64,000 nucleotides of DNA from Adineta vaga (taxonomy: Eukaryota > Animalia > Rotifera), in NCBI GenBank assembly GCA_021613535.1, contig CP075496.1, forward strand, positions 10,230,001-10,294,000, written 5' to 3'. Below, piece by piece: positions 13,836 through 25,582 of the stretch; position 1 is the stretch's first letter, and each line of letters starts with the position of its first letter. Both the position numbers and the translations under genes were made by a program. A model generated the notes under the pieces. The model saw only the letters and a program-made list of their open reading frames with translations, searched no databases and was not told where the DNA came from.

Positions 13836-15703
13836 TTAAAACGTCCAATAATGTAAATGAAGAAAAGAAAAACTAATTAAAAAGTATTCAATTTGATGGA
13901 TAATAATACATGAAGAAGAAATTGAATCTAAATAAAAGAAAAAAGAACATATTTCATTTTTTCTTTTCAATGAACAAAAATAATTACTTGGTGCGTGAAT
14001 TTTCTTTCGTTCAGAGGCATTTGATGGTATATCTCGTACAACATTAACCGGTAATGAACGAAATAATGTATAGGAATAGTCTTTTTGGTCATATTTGATT
14101 ATAGATGAGTCATCATTATCGATACATGTCGAACATTTGACAGGATTATTTACAAAGTTTTCATGTTGTTGTGTATTTAAAAGTTTACATTGAATTTCAA
14201 ATGGAATGAGTTCGCGTATAATATTGTAAAGATAAAAAGAATAATGAAATTTAGATAATGAATTCATTTCAGATGATAGATGAATCACAGTTGGATCAGC
14301 AGAACAACTAATGAATAGCAAGATGGTTTTTGAGAAAAAAAAACATTCTTTTATATATAATAAAGTAATTTACCCTCGAGAAATTAATCGACGTGTTTGT
14401 AAATATTCGGTATAAGGATATAGAGCTATAAAATCACACGAATCAATCAAACATGTTGATGATAATATCGCAGTATCATCAAATGAGACATAGATTAAAG
14501 AATAGAGTGAAATTGAACATGTTGGTGGGCAAGTATATGTTTGGTTATGTAAAATCCATCGTAAAGATATTCTGAAAAATATTAAAAAAAGATCCTTTCT
14601 TTCATTGTTAACTCGTTTTTATTTTTCTTCTACCTATAACTTGTTGAGATAGATTCTTCATCATCGTCATCGTCATCACCATCATCACCATCATCATCAT
14701 ATATTGGTGACAAGAGACGTTGATGAGTGGTACTTGGTATTGGAGTACTTTTTGTTAATACTGTGCGTACTGTTGATGATAGTTGATATGCTAGACGTAT
14801 CTGTTGAATATCACTTGGACAAAGAAAAAATCGGCCATAATGTCGAACTTCATTGGATTCTGTTGCGATCCCTTCCCAACGAAGTTTACCAACAATAGAA
14901 TCATTATTTAATATCTAAATATAATCAAAATAAAACGTATTTTCCCTCAAGACATCACATCAGTTGTAATATGTTAATCAGAAATGAAAACACTCTGTTT
15001 AAAAGGATTAGAAGATATTCTCAGTCTATGGTATGAGATTTGTTTGTTTTCTATTTCATACCAATGAACAATTATCTACGTGTGTTATGAATTGTGCATG
15101 TGTTTCATTTGACCATTTAGGTTTACAATTACTATCACCAAGTAGAACATAATTTGGATCAATACCATTTAAACTAACAAGAATATTTAAATGATCACCT
15201 GGACAATTTATTTTTTGTAATCTTACAGCTAAAAAGAAAGATTCCATTACTTTAAAAAATTTGTTTTTCTAAGTGATAAAAAATGAACCTTTCGTATCTT
15301 TTCGACAATTAACTTCATAATAATTAACAAAATAATTTATTCTCATTGCTGATGGTTCATCATTCAAAGAAGCATTTGCATGTACACATAAACCATTTTG
15401 TTGTGAATGCCAATGTTCAAAGGATCGACATTTTTCTGATCGATTTTGTATACAACGATCTAAACAATCTAATTCTGATATCCACCGGCCATGTAACTCA
15501 TTATAACCATCTAAAGACGTATGAATACGTTTTTCATAAAAACAATCTAGAAGAAAAAAAAGAAAGAAAAATATTTTGTTTTCTTTTCCAACAAATTTCT
15601 TTCTTTTACCTTCGATATGATCAAATGATAAAGAAAATATCATGAATTTAGATTTAAATCGAATAATAATGAATATGAGCATCATCAATAAGCGACGGCT
15701 CAT
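13836..15703 (-). CDS. Secreted PAN/apple + ZP-domain protein (cuticlin/NompA-like architecture)
   Basis: Hydrophobic N-terminus; PAN pattern (C...SELDCLDRC...CRSFEH...LC...NYYE.NC); ZP-N (INCPGDHLNILV...SNC...VDNC); Thr-rich/poly-Asp linker; ZP-C (LIDSCDF...ISRGCSADPTV...FEIQCKL); hydrophobic C-terminus. About 7 exons. Confidence 0.75.
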
Positions 15704-18700
15704 GATAAATAAACATGTTCATTATAGAATAACTTCATCTGACAATTAACAACAACTGACAATCGAAGTTGCTGTTGCTGCTGTTGTTGTTCTATTAGCC
15801 ATGAAAAAAGTCATCTATAAATATTCAAAAAGAAAAAGATATCAATTCATTGAACAAGTGTTAAAATAGAAGAATGCATTCTTTTTTTTTCTTTGTATGT
15901 ACGACACTCAATCTTCCAGTCATTTTCCCATCGATCTATCATAATCGCATTGATGATGAACTACCTTTTGCCTCATAAAATTGTCGTGTTTTATGGATTT
16001 CAATTAGCTATTGGCCTTATTGCCTCGTTTTTTTTTCTTCAAGTTATGCTGATTTGCCCATGCACAAGGTGCGATTTTTTGTCGCTCCCCCTCGCTTTCT
16101 CTCTCTCTCTCTCACGTAGAAATAAAATACTAATTTCCCTAGTTTGTTGATGAAGCAGAAAATCGACTAGCAATGCTCGTCGATGCAATAGCAATTGTTG
16201 AAACCTTGTTCTCTTCTTTTTTTTTAAAAAAAGGAAAGGCTTAAAGGCATTTTGACAGGGCGCAGTACGTTGCATGTGGGAGTCATAAAATCACCGGCAC
16301 TCGCGTTCGTTCAGTTTTAATTAAACAACATCAAATACAAGAAAAAAATCGAGAGAGAGAGAGAGCGCGGAAAAATGAACTTTGAAGGTAAAAAAAAAAG
16401 AAATGGAAGAAAAGCTCACAATTTCTCTCTTTCGTTCTTATTCTATAAAACGACGATTGTGTGCAAATCCCCAAGGGCCTAATGAACGTCATACAGCGTT
16501 AGATTCGGACTCTGCTTGTCAACGTTAAGCGAATTACACTTTGAAATAGAAAGAAAAAAGGAAGATATATATACACATGATATAATGATGTCTTTGTTTC
16601 TTGGTCAAAGAAAGAGAAAATATTCATTTGTAGATTTCTCTTCGTTTCCTTCTTTACAAGAAAAACTACTCATCATTTACAGACAACACGCATTTATTAT
16701 GGTAGCACGTCTAACAGAAAAAAACGATTAATTCTCGGAGAAGTGATATGTGTATTTAAATGACAGTTTTATTTTATTAAAAACGATTGAGCAAAGAAAT
16801 GAACGGAAGTCAAAAGAGAGAATGGATAATAAAATTTGTTTTAAGTGTTTCGTTTAGTCATTCGAAGAAACGTTTATTATATTCATTTAATTATTCTCTC
16901 TCTTTCTCTTTCTCTTTCTCTTTATTAGTAGTATTCTTCTCAATAAAATATTACTGCAATTGACACAATGTCTTACATTCTTATCAATTGAGAAACGAAA
17001 TACAATAGATTTATATAGAAAATACTCCACGAATACTTTCTTCTGCTCTATATAATATCATTTATTTCTTCTTAGGATAGAATAGATTTCTTTACAAAAC
17101 AATAATTAGATTTCTATTTGAAAGAAGGAAGAAGAATAAAAAAAGTTTGTATTTAATTGTTCTGAATGATCTCTTTTTCCTAGAAACAAACTTACTGAAA
17201 TCGAAGCATAGATTTTGTCACGTAAAAACTTTAAGTACACGATGTTCTCATTAAAAAATATACTATGTACGATTAAAAATGGGTAGACAGAAAAAAGCCC
17301 GGCTCTTCTTCGTCTTTTTTTTCTTCTCTTCACGCATCTATCGTTTAATAATAATATATAGCTTCTTTTCTCTTCGTCTTCTTCTCTTCACTAAGTAGAA
17401 AGAAAGAGGAGAACCAGGATGGAAAATGTTATGATAGAAATCCGATTAGAAAGTAAAGAAACATACGTAATATAAAATAAAGCCGAAGAATCCTCAATAT
17501 TTCTATCTCTATGTCAAGAATATTGCATGTTCATTTGACTCTACTCAATAGTTCTTTTCAAAAGCGAATGATCTATGTTAACTTAAAAGAGAAACAGAAA
17601 CAAAAGAAGAAGAAGAGGCAAAGATGTTAATTGTACTTGTCATCTATCTTAAAACATATTTCCTCTATTCTATTGTTCTTCATTGCGTGTATAAAGGTAT
17701 AGTCATGCAATAATTCAGATTGAAACATATAAAATACAATGAACAAAACACACAAATGTTGAACGACATTAGATATATTAATAAAATTAGTTTATTCCAT
17801 ATCAAGAAAACATCTAATGACAAGATATCTATCTTATTATGAATTAAATCTCCTAATTCAATCATTTATATTATATGAGAACCATTGAGATAGATAGATA
17901 GAAATATGTTAGAATAGATTCTATTTTCATATACCTTAAATGCATACATACTATGTTAAAACCTGTCAAAAATCTTTATATAAATGGCATGTGTAGACAT
18001 GACAATAAAATAATTACTTGTGATTCTTTTTCATCACGCTTCTTTTTTTCTTCTTCTCAATATTTGATTGACATACCATTGTAATACATAGAGAAAACGA
18101 TTTACATTTTTAAGAAGATGTTGTTTGATTTATTCAATCATCTTCATTTTGATAAGATAATCGAGTTATGATAGTTGAAAGTATGTAGGAAAGTTTCCGT
18201 TCATCGTCTCTTTTCTTTAATGTATCTCTCAAATGATTTATTTGATCAACAAGAAAATTTGTTGTTATATACAAAATAAATACTAATTCTCAAAGAATAA
18301 GTAAAATCAATCTCCGGCAAGGCGTTGTTCTTCCGGCAAATACAAAAGGTACTTATACTAAGATGATGATAATTGACCATTTATCAATGAGGTACTACAA
18401 CTCATCAAGGACAGATACTTAACATATTTTTACATGTCTTTCGGTAAGAATAAAATATAACAATCTTAAATCTAGACATTATCTAACAAAAAAAACAGTT
18501 TATAAATGCAATTTTATATATATATATCTCGAGGATATAAATTTACTCACGTTTTAAGAAAATACTCGAGAATTTTTGTTCTTAATTCATCAAAATTGTT
18601 TTATTTTGCACGATCTAAGATAAAGATTTTGATGATTAGAGAAAATAAATCACATTTGAAAAAGAAAGATCAGATAAATACGTCGAAAAGATTTGTCGAA

Positions 18701-19426
18701 GAATGTTATTTGCAAAAAATAGTTAAGAAGATTTTGTGTTTATTTTACCTTCGCTTCAAGGTAAAACGGAAAAGTGTCGATGTAAAATAAACTTAACTAT
18801 ACACCGATTTATGTTGATTAAAGTAAATACTAAAAATGACTTCCATGTAAGAGTTAATTGTTACAAATGTCAATAAGTATATAAACAGAAAATTTGAGTT
18901 CTCGGAAAAAGAAAATATTTATATATATATATAGAAATCTAGATTTTGACAATCATCTCTTACTCTTATCGAATATGATGATATAATATTGATAGGAATA
19001 ATCTCGATGTTGAGAAAATTGAGCTGGTCTAAGTGCTTTCTCTTCATGTAATTTCATACAAAAATAAGTCATAATTCTCGTTAAACTACATATGATCATT
19101 TTTCATGATAACTATCATTTAACGTACTGAATCATATATTAAAAACATGCCAGCTCGATAATTATGTATGTATCATTTATAGAGTTATTGATGGATTTAA
19201 TAGTCTGTTATTTTCTTTTTGATGTTTTATAAAGTGTGAAAAATCTCTATCATATGCAATCTATTGATTGCTTTTTCTGTATTCGTTATAGTTAATAGAT
19301 GTGTCACCTTCTGATAAAAAAAATCAATCTATTATTCGCGTTTATATATAGTCAATATACGTCGTAATGGCTATGGTCTGAATATACCAAATATCTGAGA
19401 GAGGAGGCGATCAATTTTGTAAAATA

Positions 19427-19604
19427 GTCATGGATAGGTGATGATCTCAAGGATCTTTGGTAAACTACGAATGTTATCTATCATCGATATGATCTTTTCT
19501 CACTCATTTCAACAAGAATATTCTAATTCATTTAAAATGCATTCCTGCCTACTCCCGCTTATTGCTCCGCAAAACATCTACTCATCATCTACAATCTTCA
19601 TCTT
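19427..19604 (+). pseudogene. Degenerate fragment of the EEP hydrolase gene at 47839-48767
   Basis: 19427-19544 aligns ungapped to the reverse complement of EEP exon 2 with 16 mismatches in 118 nt (hand count), including CAA->TAA and TGG->TAA stops. Homology resumes at 19581-19604 (tcatcatctacaatcttcatctt) after a deletion. Confidence 0.88.
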
Positions 19605-20184
19605 CTGTGTATGTTGATCTTACATACAATATATTCGAGTCAAAATAACTAGCAAAATCATAAAGATATTGCAACATTTACTTATTATGCACTCAATTCG
19701 TAGAAAAGCTAGTCAGACATACTAAATTATACTTCGACTATGTTTTTTTTGTATTCTCACTCAAAAAGCGTACTTGGTGCATATTTTTGAAAAATAGATC
19801 GCTTACGTTTTGAATCAAGCGATTTCAATAACCACTATTCAATTTCCAATTTTCATCGAAATCAAGGCTTAGTGGGACATCATATGATCATTCTTCTACT
19901 AACACATCATTCATTTGTTAATACTATGATTAAGAACATAATCTTCAATATTTTCGTAAATTTGTTTTTTAATTTTTACAGTCTGTAGCCAATTAGAATC
20001 GATGATGGAATCGTAAGAAAAAAAATACACCGTATAAATAGCTAAGTATAACCAGATATCTATATGATACTATCATACCCGAGAAGAAAACATGCGTTCT
20101 AATATTATGAGTGAGTATATAACTATGGATTCTACAAATTGAAATTTCAACTTGTATTCATACATTGATCAATCGATTGAAAAA

Positions 20185-20971
20185 ATGAATCTTATCTTTG
20201 TAGCAGGCATATGGTTGCTTATTTTCATCGCAATATACGACATATCAGATGCAGCTAGTATAAACGATCGATGTCCAATGCCATCCAAATTGAAATACAA
20301 TTATGACTTTAATTGGAAATCAAAATCACACGAATGGGAAAATACAAAAGCTACACCTGGTTTTCTTCAACTTGTTCTTTCTTGGTAATGCTTTTTTTTC
20401 TATATTTCTTTATGTATACATGTTAATATTTAGGACACCAACATTCTGTGAATCTCTTTCATTATCTTCTCAAAATAAAGAATTTCAATGTCGTAATAGT
20501 AAATATTTTGGTCTTGTTGTCCATGGTTTATGGCCACAAACTTCAAGAGCTACATCTGTTCGATCACATCCACGTAATTGTCGAGATGAAAAACAACTCG
20601 ATCCTGCATTCGTCAAACGATATTATTGTATGATGCCTGATGAAGATCTTATTCAATCACAATGGGAAAAACATGGTAAATTTGGTAGTAATAAATAATT
20701 TCGATTTTGTTTGTCTTTATTAGGTACTTGCTATTTCAAGACAGCTAATGATTATTATGGAACGATTGAAACACTTTATAACTCATTAAATATTCCTGAT
20801 ATTGCATCCATGAAGAATGTCACGCAGACAAATGTTCGAAATGCATTTTTAACATTGAATCCAAAATTACCGGCATCATCAATACAAGTATCAACGAATT
20901 ATGAAAAGCGTTTGAAAGAAATTAAAATATGTTATGATTTGAAGCAACAATATGTTCGTTGTTCCTCATAA
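20185..20971 (+). CDS. Ribonuclease T2 family, secreted (3 exons)
   Basis: Signal peptide; LVLSW|TPTFC; CAS I GLVVHGLWPQ; CAS II LIQSQWEKHG|TC; C-terminal LKEIKICYD. Confidence 0.93.
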
Positions 20972-21237
20972 AATAAGCACTATGCATTGTAATGAAATAC
21001 AACAAGTATACTATCTAATCTGTTGTTGTTGAAAAATAAATTGTCTCAACCAAGTTTATTTTTACAAATTCTTTCTAGAAAGTAGCAAAACTCTCGTACA
21101 AAAGTAAAATACAGAAGCATATCACAAGGCAATACACATTAAATATTCACAATCTTTTGAATATATAAAATCATGTAGTCAAATAAATCATGAACGCGCT
21201 ATATAAATGTTCTACAGAGACCGAAGTTTTGTATTAT

Positions 21238-22623
21238 TTATTGATTATGACAACATTTGGTAGCATGCCTATCTTCTTTGCTGACAGTACGAACTTCGAC
21301 AGACGGGACTGATACTGTTGATCCCCCTATATCCAAAAGATGATAATTCTCTTTATTGGAAACTTCTGGATTGATCAGATGATGTTGTACGAGTAAGCCC
21401 ACCGTCGTTAATGCAAGTTTTTCTTCCACAGCAGGTCCTCGATTTTGCCAATATTCACCAAAGACACCATGTGAATCTGCTGGATTCAATTCTGATACAG
21501 TGAAACCATGACGAGCAATAGCGACAGTCAATCGATGCATATCTTGATCGGCAATCAGTACTGGAATAGGACCATTATAGTTCGATCTATGAAATTCATT
21601 CTCAAAGACATCAAAAACATCAAAAACAGTTGCACCTGATTTGCTACGATTAAATATTGGTAAAGCGAGCACGATAGCACGAATATTTGTGTACGTTCGT
21701 CCATCTTCCTCGAGCACTTTTCGAATAGCTTGTGCTGAAAATTGTCGTACTTTTTGGTCAATTCCGATCTGTTTACCTGAGAAGACACCTAATCCAATGC
21801 CGGTTTCCACAACAATCTGCACACCCTCCATATCGCATGCTAGTAGTCGTAATCTGACCATACGTACAAGACTATCTCGAAGACGTTCTTCATCAAGTTT
21901 GGCTGCTGGTCCATTTTTGACGGGTGTAAAGTCTCTACCGTTGTAAATAAATGGCAAACCTGTTTCGGGATCTAGATGAAACACTTTTTGCCAATTAGTT
22001 ATATAATATTGAATGTCACCAATATCATGTTTTCGACCAGCGAAATCAATACCAGTTACAGAAACAAGTTTGATCCGATGAGGCCAATCTTCCGACAGCT
22101 GGCGCGATATAATTTTAGCATCAAACTCCATCAAGATAGGACATGTTGAGATACGAACAACGAACTTCATTCTAAAAGCGTCAACGCCATCTTCACTCTT
22201 GCCTTGTAATGCTTTGTGTAAAGTTTCTTTACTGATTCCACGGACACTTTTATCTGCATATACTCGATAAGAATCTTGCCACTTTCTGATCTCGTTTAAT
22301 GACATCCTGAATGAATTAGAGGATTTGCTAGGAAAGTGAATTACTGTATCTGACCGCATCTGATATGGATATTGTTGTAACTGAAATGATTTGACACCTT
22401 GTACAATATATTCCTCTGGAATATTTCTAAAACCAAATGTTTGATATAGAAAATATTCCATTTGTTCAGTTTCACGACTACATCGATCACTCATTGGTCC
22501 ATTTTTGTCCATAGGATATAAGTGCTGTAGATTTAGGAGAAGCTTCATGACAGATTGATTGTGGCATTGCTGATAACCAAATATCTTACTTCGGTAAGGT
22601 AATGGTTGAGATGTCGCAGACAT
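21238..22623 (-). CDS. Putative MavL/DUF4804-like macrodomain protein, stand-alone (copy 1)
   Basis: Intronless 461-aa ORF. Motifs LVSVTGIDF, ETGIGLGVFSG (macrodomain-type Gly-rich diphosphate loop) and NPADSHGVFGEYW...AVEEKLALTT. CDS certain; family assignment inferred. Confidence 0.7.
   Translation of the reverse strand: MSATSQPLPYRSKIFGYQQCHNQSVMKLLLNLQHLYPMDKNGPMSDRCSRETEQMEYFLYQTFGFRNIPEEYIVQGVKSFQLQQYPYQMRSDTVIHFPSKSSNSFRMSLNEIRKWQDSYRVYADKSVRGISKETLHKALQGKSEDGVDAFRMKFVVRISTCPILMEFDAKIISRQLSEDWPHRIKLVSVTGIDFAGRKHDIGDIQYYITNWQKVFHLDPETGLPFIYNGRDFTPVKNGPAAKLDEERLRDSLVRMVRLRLLACDMEGVQIVVETGIGLGVFSGKQIGIDQKVRQFSAQAIRKVLEEDGRTYTNIRAIVLALPIFNRSKSGATVFDVFDVFENEFHRSNYNGPIPVLIADQDMHRLTVAIARHGFTVSELNPADSHGVFGEYWQNRGPAVEEKLALTTVGLLVQHHLINPEVSNKENYHLLDIGGSTVSVPSVEVRTVSKEDRHATKCCHNQ
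21412..21579 (-). repeat. 168-bp inverted repeat of 25334-25501
   Basis: Reverse complement matches with only 2 mismatches (hand alignment). Confidence 0.92.
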
Positions 22624-23632
22624 TGAAATAATGAATGTCCTTCACAATAAAGAAGAAAAATTTTCAGCGAAAAAGAAGTATAAAAGTACTGGTTGGTAGA
22701 ATTGTGGATGTTGTTTATGACTATTTATCGTCATACTCAACGTGCACACAGAAAGCAAGAAAGAAAAATATTTTTCTCCTTAAAATAATACGCATGTCAA
22801 GAGAATTGCCGTCTTTCATATTCTTTTTTTTCCAACATTAACAACGCACGAAGTGAATCATTCGATCAAACTTCACCATTTTGTTTCATTGCAATTTCGT
22901 GTCCTATATATATATTTTAGTAAGCAATTTTTTACCAATGAAATATTAAATAATATCGTATTCAAGATCCGTAAACGTTAATTAATGAAGATTCTCTATA
23001 AATAGAATAAAAAATGTCTTTAATTTTAAACTTTTCTCTGAAATATAACACTTGCGTATGGTACTTTCAATGGCCCAAGTTAGTTCTATTTGTTTCGTTG
23101 GTTGTTGCAAAGGATTGATAATAAAAGATTCATTAACATCTAAACTTAGATCTGAATTATAGTTCATCCATTTGTTTTATGTAACCGAGATATATTCCTT
23201 TGAAATCAGTCTTGAAACTATAGATTTTAATTGAAGCTCGATTAAATAAATATTTTCTTTTCTTTTCAGAGAAAAAAAATATCACTTGGCAGATTCAAAA
23301 CGACTAATGTGGTAGGAATATTTTTTCGTTTCTTTCAAGTATTGTGTATGTTTTTATTTATTTCTTACTGTTGATTGATATCTATTTCACATTGCTACGA
23401 AACAAAGACAACGAGAAAGTTTTCTAGTTACATTCCTTTTTTGTATTCTTATCAGTTACAGAAGTGTTTGGTCGCGTCACAAGACCTTGTGCGGTAAATA
23501 TTTTGATTCTGAGTTGTGTACATTGGCAAACAATTAATTCTGTTCGCTGAAAAACTACAACGGCACTACTTCTAAAAGAAATCGTTAAATACTTACAGTT
23601 TGCGACTCCACACTGCGTCAAATTGAAACAAT

Positions 23633-25582
23633 ATGAGCGGATCCAATAAATTAAGAGATAAATGTTCCAAATGTGATCATGATCGTTCAGTATGTATATG
23701 TCGTGGATGTAAAAAGTTATTCTGCATGAAACATATTGAAGCACATAAAAAAGATCTTCAGAAGGAATTAGATTGTATTGAAGAAGAACATAAGACTGCT
23801 AGAAAAACTTTTGATCAGTGGAACAAATCAAAACAATTGTCGGATGATATTGATCAATGGGAAACTGATTTTATTGAAAAGGTTAAATCTGCTGCTGTCG
23901 CTGCTAGAAAAGATTTAAAACTAATAAAAGAACAATCAGATGAAAATGTGTCTGGCTTCCTAAAACAATTTACTCAAGCAATCGATACCGCGCGAAAAGA
24001 TGAGAACATCAACGAAATTAAGATCAATTCAATCAAGCAACAGCTTGCAGATTTTCAAAAGGAATTGAGCAAGCGTGATACGACAAAACTTGTTGATCAT
24101 GATATTGAAACTGTTCCACTTCTTAAACTCGAAACTTCATATAGACAGATACCGGAAGAACCAAACACTACTAACCAAGATGCAAATGATGGCGTCGAAA
24201 GCCGAAGTGAAAAAGATCCGTCTGAAAAACTGTCTCGTCCTAGTTCTGTTACACTACCCCCGCCAAATGTACAACAAAAACTGAATCCGTCACCAATACC
24301 GCACTCCTCCGCTTATCTCAGCATGATATTTGGTCTGAATGTCTCTACCACTACCAACAAACATATTCAGCGTCTATTCGACGAACTAATGTTACTTCCT
24401 ATGATGGATAAAAATGGACCAATGAGTGGTAAATGTGAATTTGAAACTAATCAAATGGAACAGTTTCTCACGAACACATTTGGCTTTCAGAATATTCCAG
24501 GAAAATACATTGTTCAAGGTGTTCGTGCATTTCAACTCGCAAGACCTCCTAAATCTTTGCCACATGACCACAAAATTCACTTTCCCTGCAAGTCAGAGAG
24601 TTCGTTCACAATGACTGTGAGAGAAATTCAAGAGTGGCAATCTACTTATCGTGTCTATGCAGGCAAAGGAGGAAGCATGACGCATGACTTTCTGAAACAA
24701 GCGTTACAAGGTAAAAGTGGTGATGGTGAAGAGGCATTTCGAATGAAGTTTGTTGTTCGTATTTCAACATGTCCTATCTTGATGGAGTTCGATGGTAAAG
24801 TGATTCCTCGTAAACCATCTGAAGATTGGCCCAATCGGATCAAACTTGTTTCGGTGACTGGTATTGATTTTGCTGGTCGAAAGCATGATGTTGATGATAT
24901 TCTGCATTACATAAAAAACTGGGCAGATATATTCGAAGTCGATCATACGCAAACTAAACCGGCGTTACTAAATGAAAGAGATTTTGCACGAAGGAGAGGT
25001 GCAGTAGTTGCTGAGCTAAGTGAAAGTCGTCTTTTCAACGACTTGCAGTATATGACCTATCTCAGACTTCGTGCATGTGATGAAGAAGGTGTGCAGATTG
25101 TTGTGGAAACAGGTATCGGACTTGGTGTCTTTTCAGGCAGACATATTGGTATCGATGAAAGAGTACGTACAACTTCTGCGATCGCGATTCGGACCGTACT
25201 CGAGCGATACGGACCATCGTATAGGAACATTCGTGCTGTTGTATTTGCTTTACCTATATTTGAAAGAGGCACATCCGATGAACACATTCGTGATACTTAC
25301 CATACATTTACTGAACAATTTGCTGAACCACAATATAATGGTCCTATTCCAGTACTAATTGCCGATCAAGATATGCATCGATTGACTGTCGCTATTGCTC
25401 GTCAAGGTTTCACTGTATCAGAATTGAATCCAGCAGATTCACATGGTGTCTTTGGTGAATATTGGCAAAATCGAGGACCTGCTGTGGAAGAAAAACTTGC
25501 ACTGACAACGGCTGGTTTACTCGTACAGCATCATGTGATCAATCCAGAAGTACTACATGCGAAGAACTACAAGATAATCTAA
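23633..25582 (+). CDS. B-box/coiled-coil + putative MavL-like macrodomain protein (copy 2)
   Basis: Intronless, 649 aa. N-terminal CSKC-x8-CRGC-x4-C-x2-H-x3-H, coiled coil, Pro/Ser linker, then a domain homologous to copy 1. Confidence 0.75.
   Translation: MSGSNKLRDKCSKCDHDRSVCICRGCKKLFCMKHIEAHKKDLQKELDCIEEEHKTARKTFDQWNKSKQLSDDIDQWETDFIEKVKSAAVAARKDLKLIKEQSDENVSGFLKQFTQAIDTARKDENINEIKINSIKQQLADFQKELSKRDTTKLVDHDIETVPLLKLETSYRQIPEEPNTTNQDANDGVESRSEKDPSEKLSRPSSVTLPPPNVQQKLNPSPIPHSSAYLSMIFGLNVSTTTNKHIQRLFDELMLLPMMDKNGPMSGKCEFETNQMEQFLTNTFGFQNIPGKYIVQGVRAFQLARPPKSLPHDHKIHFPCKSESSFTMTVREIQEWQSTYRVYAGKGGSMTHDFLKQALQGKSGDGEEAFRMKFVVRISTCPILMEFDGKVIPRKPSEDWPNRIKLVSVTGIDFAGRKHDVDDILHYIKNWADIFEVDHTQTKPALLNERDFARRRGAVVAELSESRLFNDLQYMTYLRLRACDEEGVQIVVETGIGLGVFSGRHIGIDERVRTTSAIAIRTVLERYGPSYRNIRAVVFALPIFERGTSDEHIRDTYHTFTEQFAEPQYNGPIPVLIADQDMHRLTVAIARQGFTVSELNPADSHGVFGEYWQNRGPAVEEKLALTTAGLLVQHHVINPEVLHAKNYKII
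24297..25470 (+). repeat. Direct repeat, near-identical to 26962-28138 (C-terminal domains of copies 2 and 3)
   Basis: Long runs of identical nucleotides starting at taccgcact..ctccgcttatctcagcatg in both copies. Confidence 0.92.

Noticed and set aside
14650-14710. Apparent frameshift or stop run (TGA TGA) in the ZP gene
   Set aside because: Careful re-reading shows the frame continues as SPIYDDDGDD; it is a poly-Asp codon repeat.
22840-23630. NF-kB/STAT-like sites in the divergent promoter of macrodomain copies 1 and 2
   Set aside because: Only weak partial matches, expected by chance.
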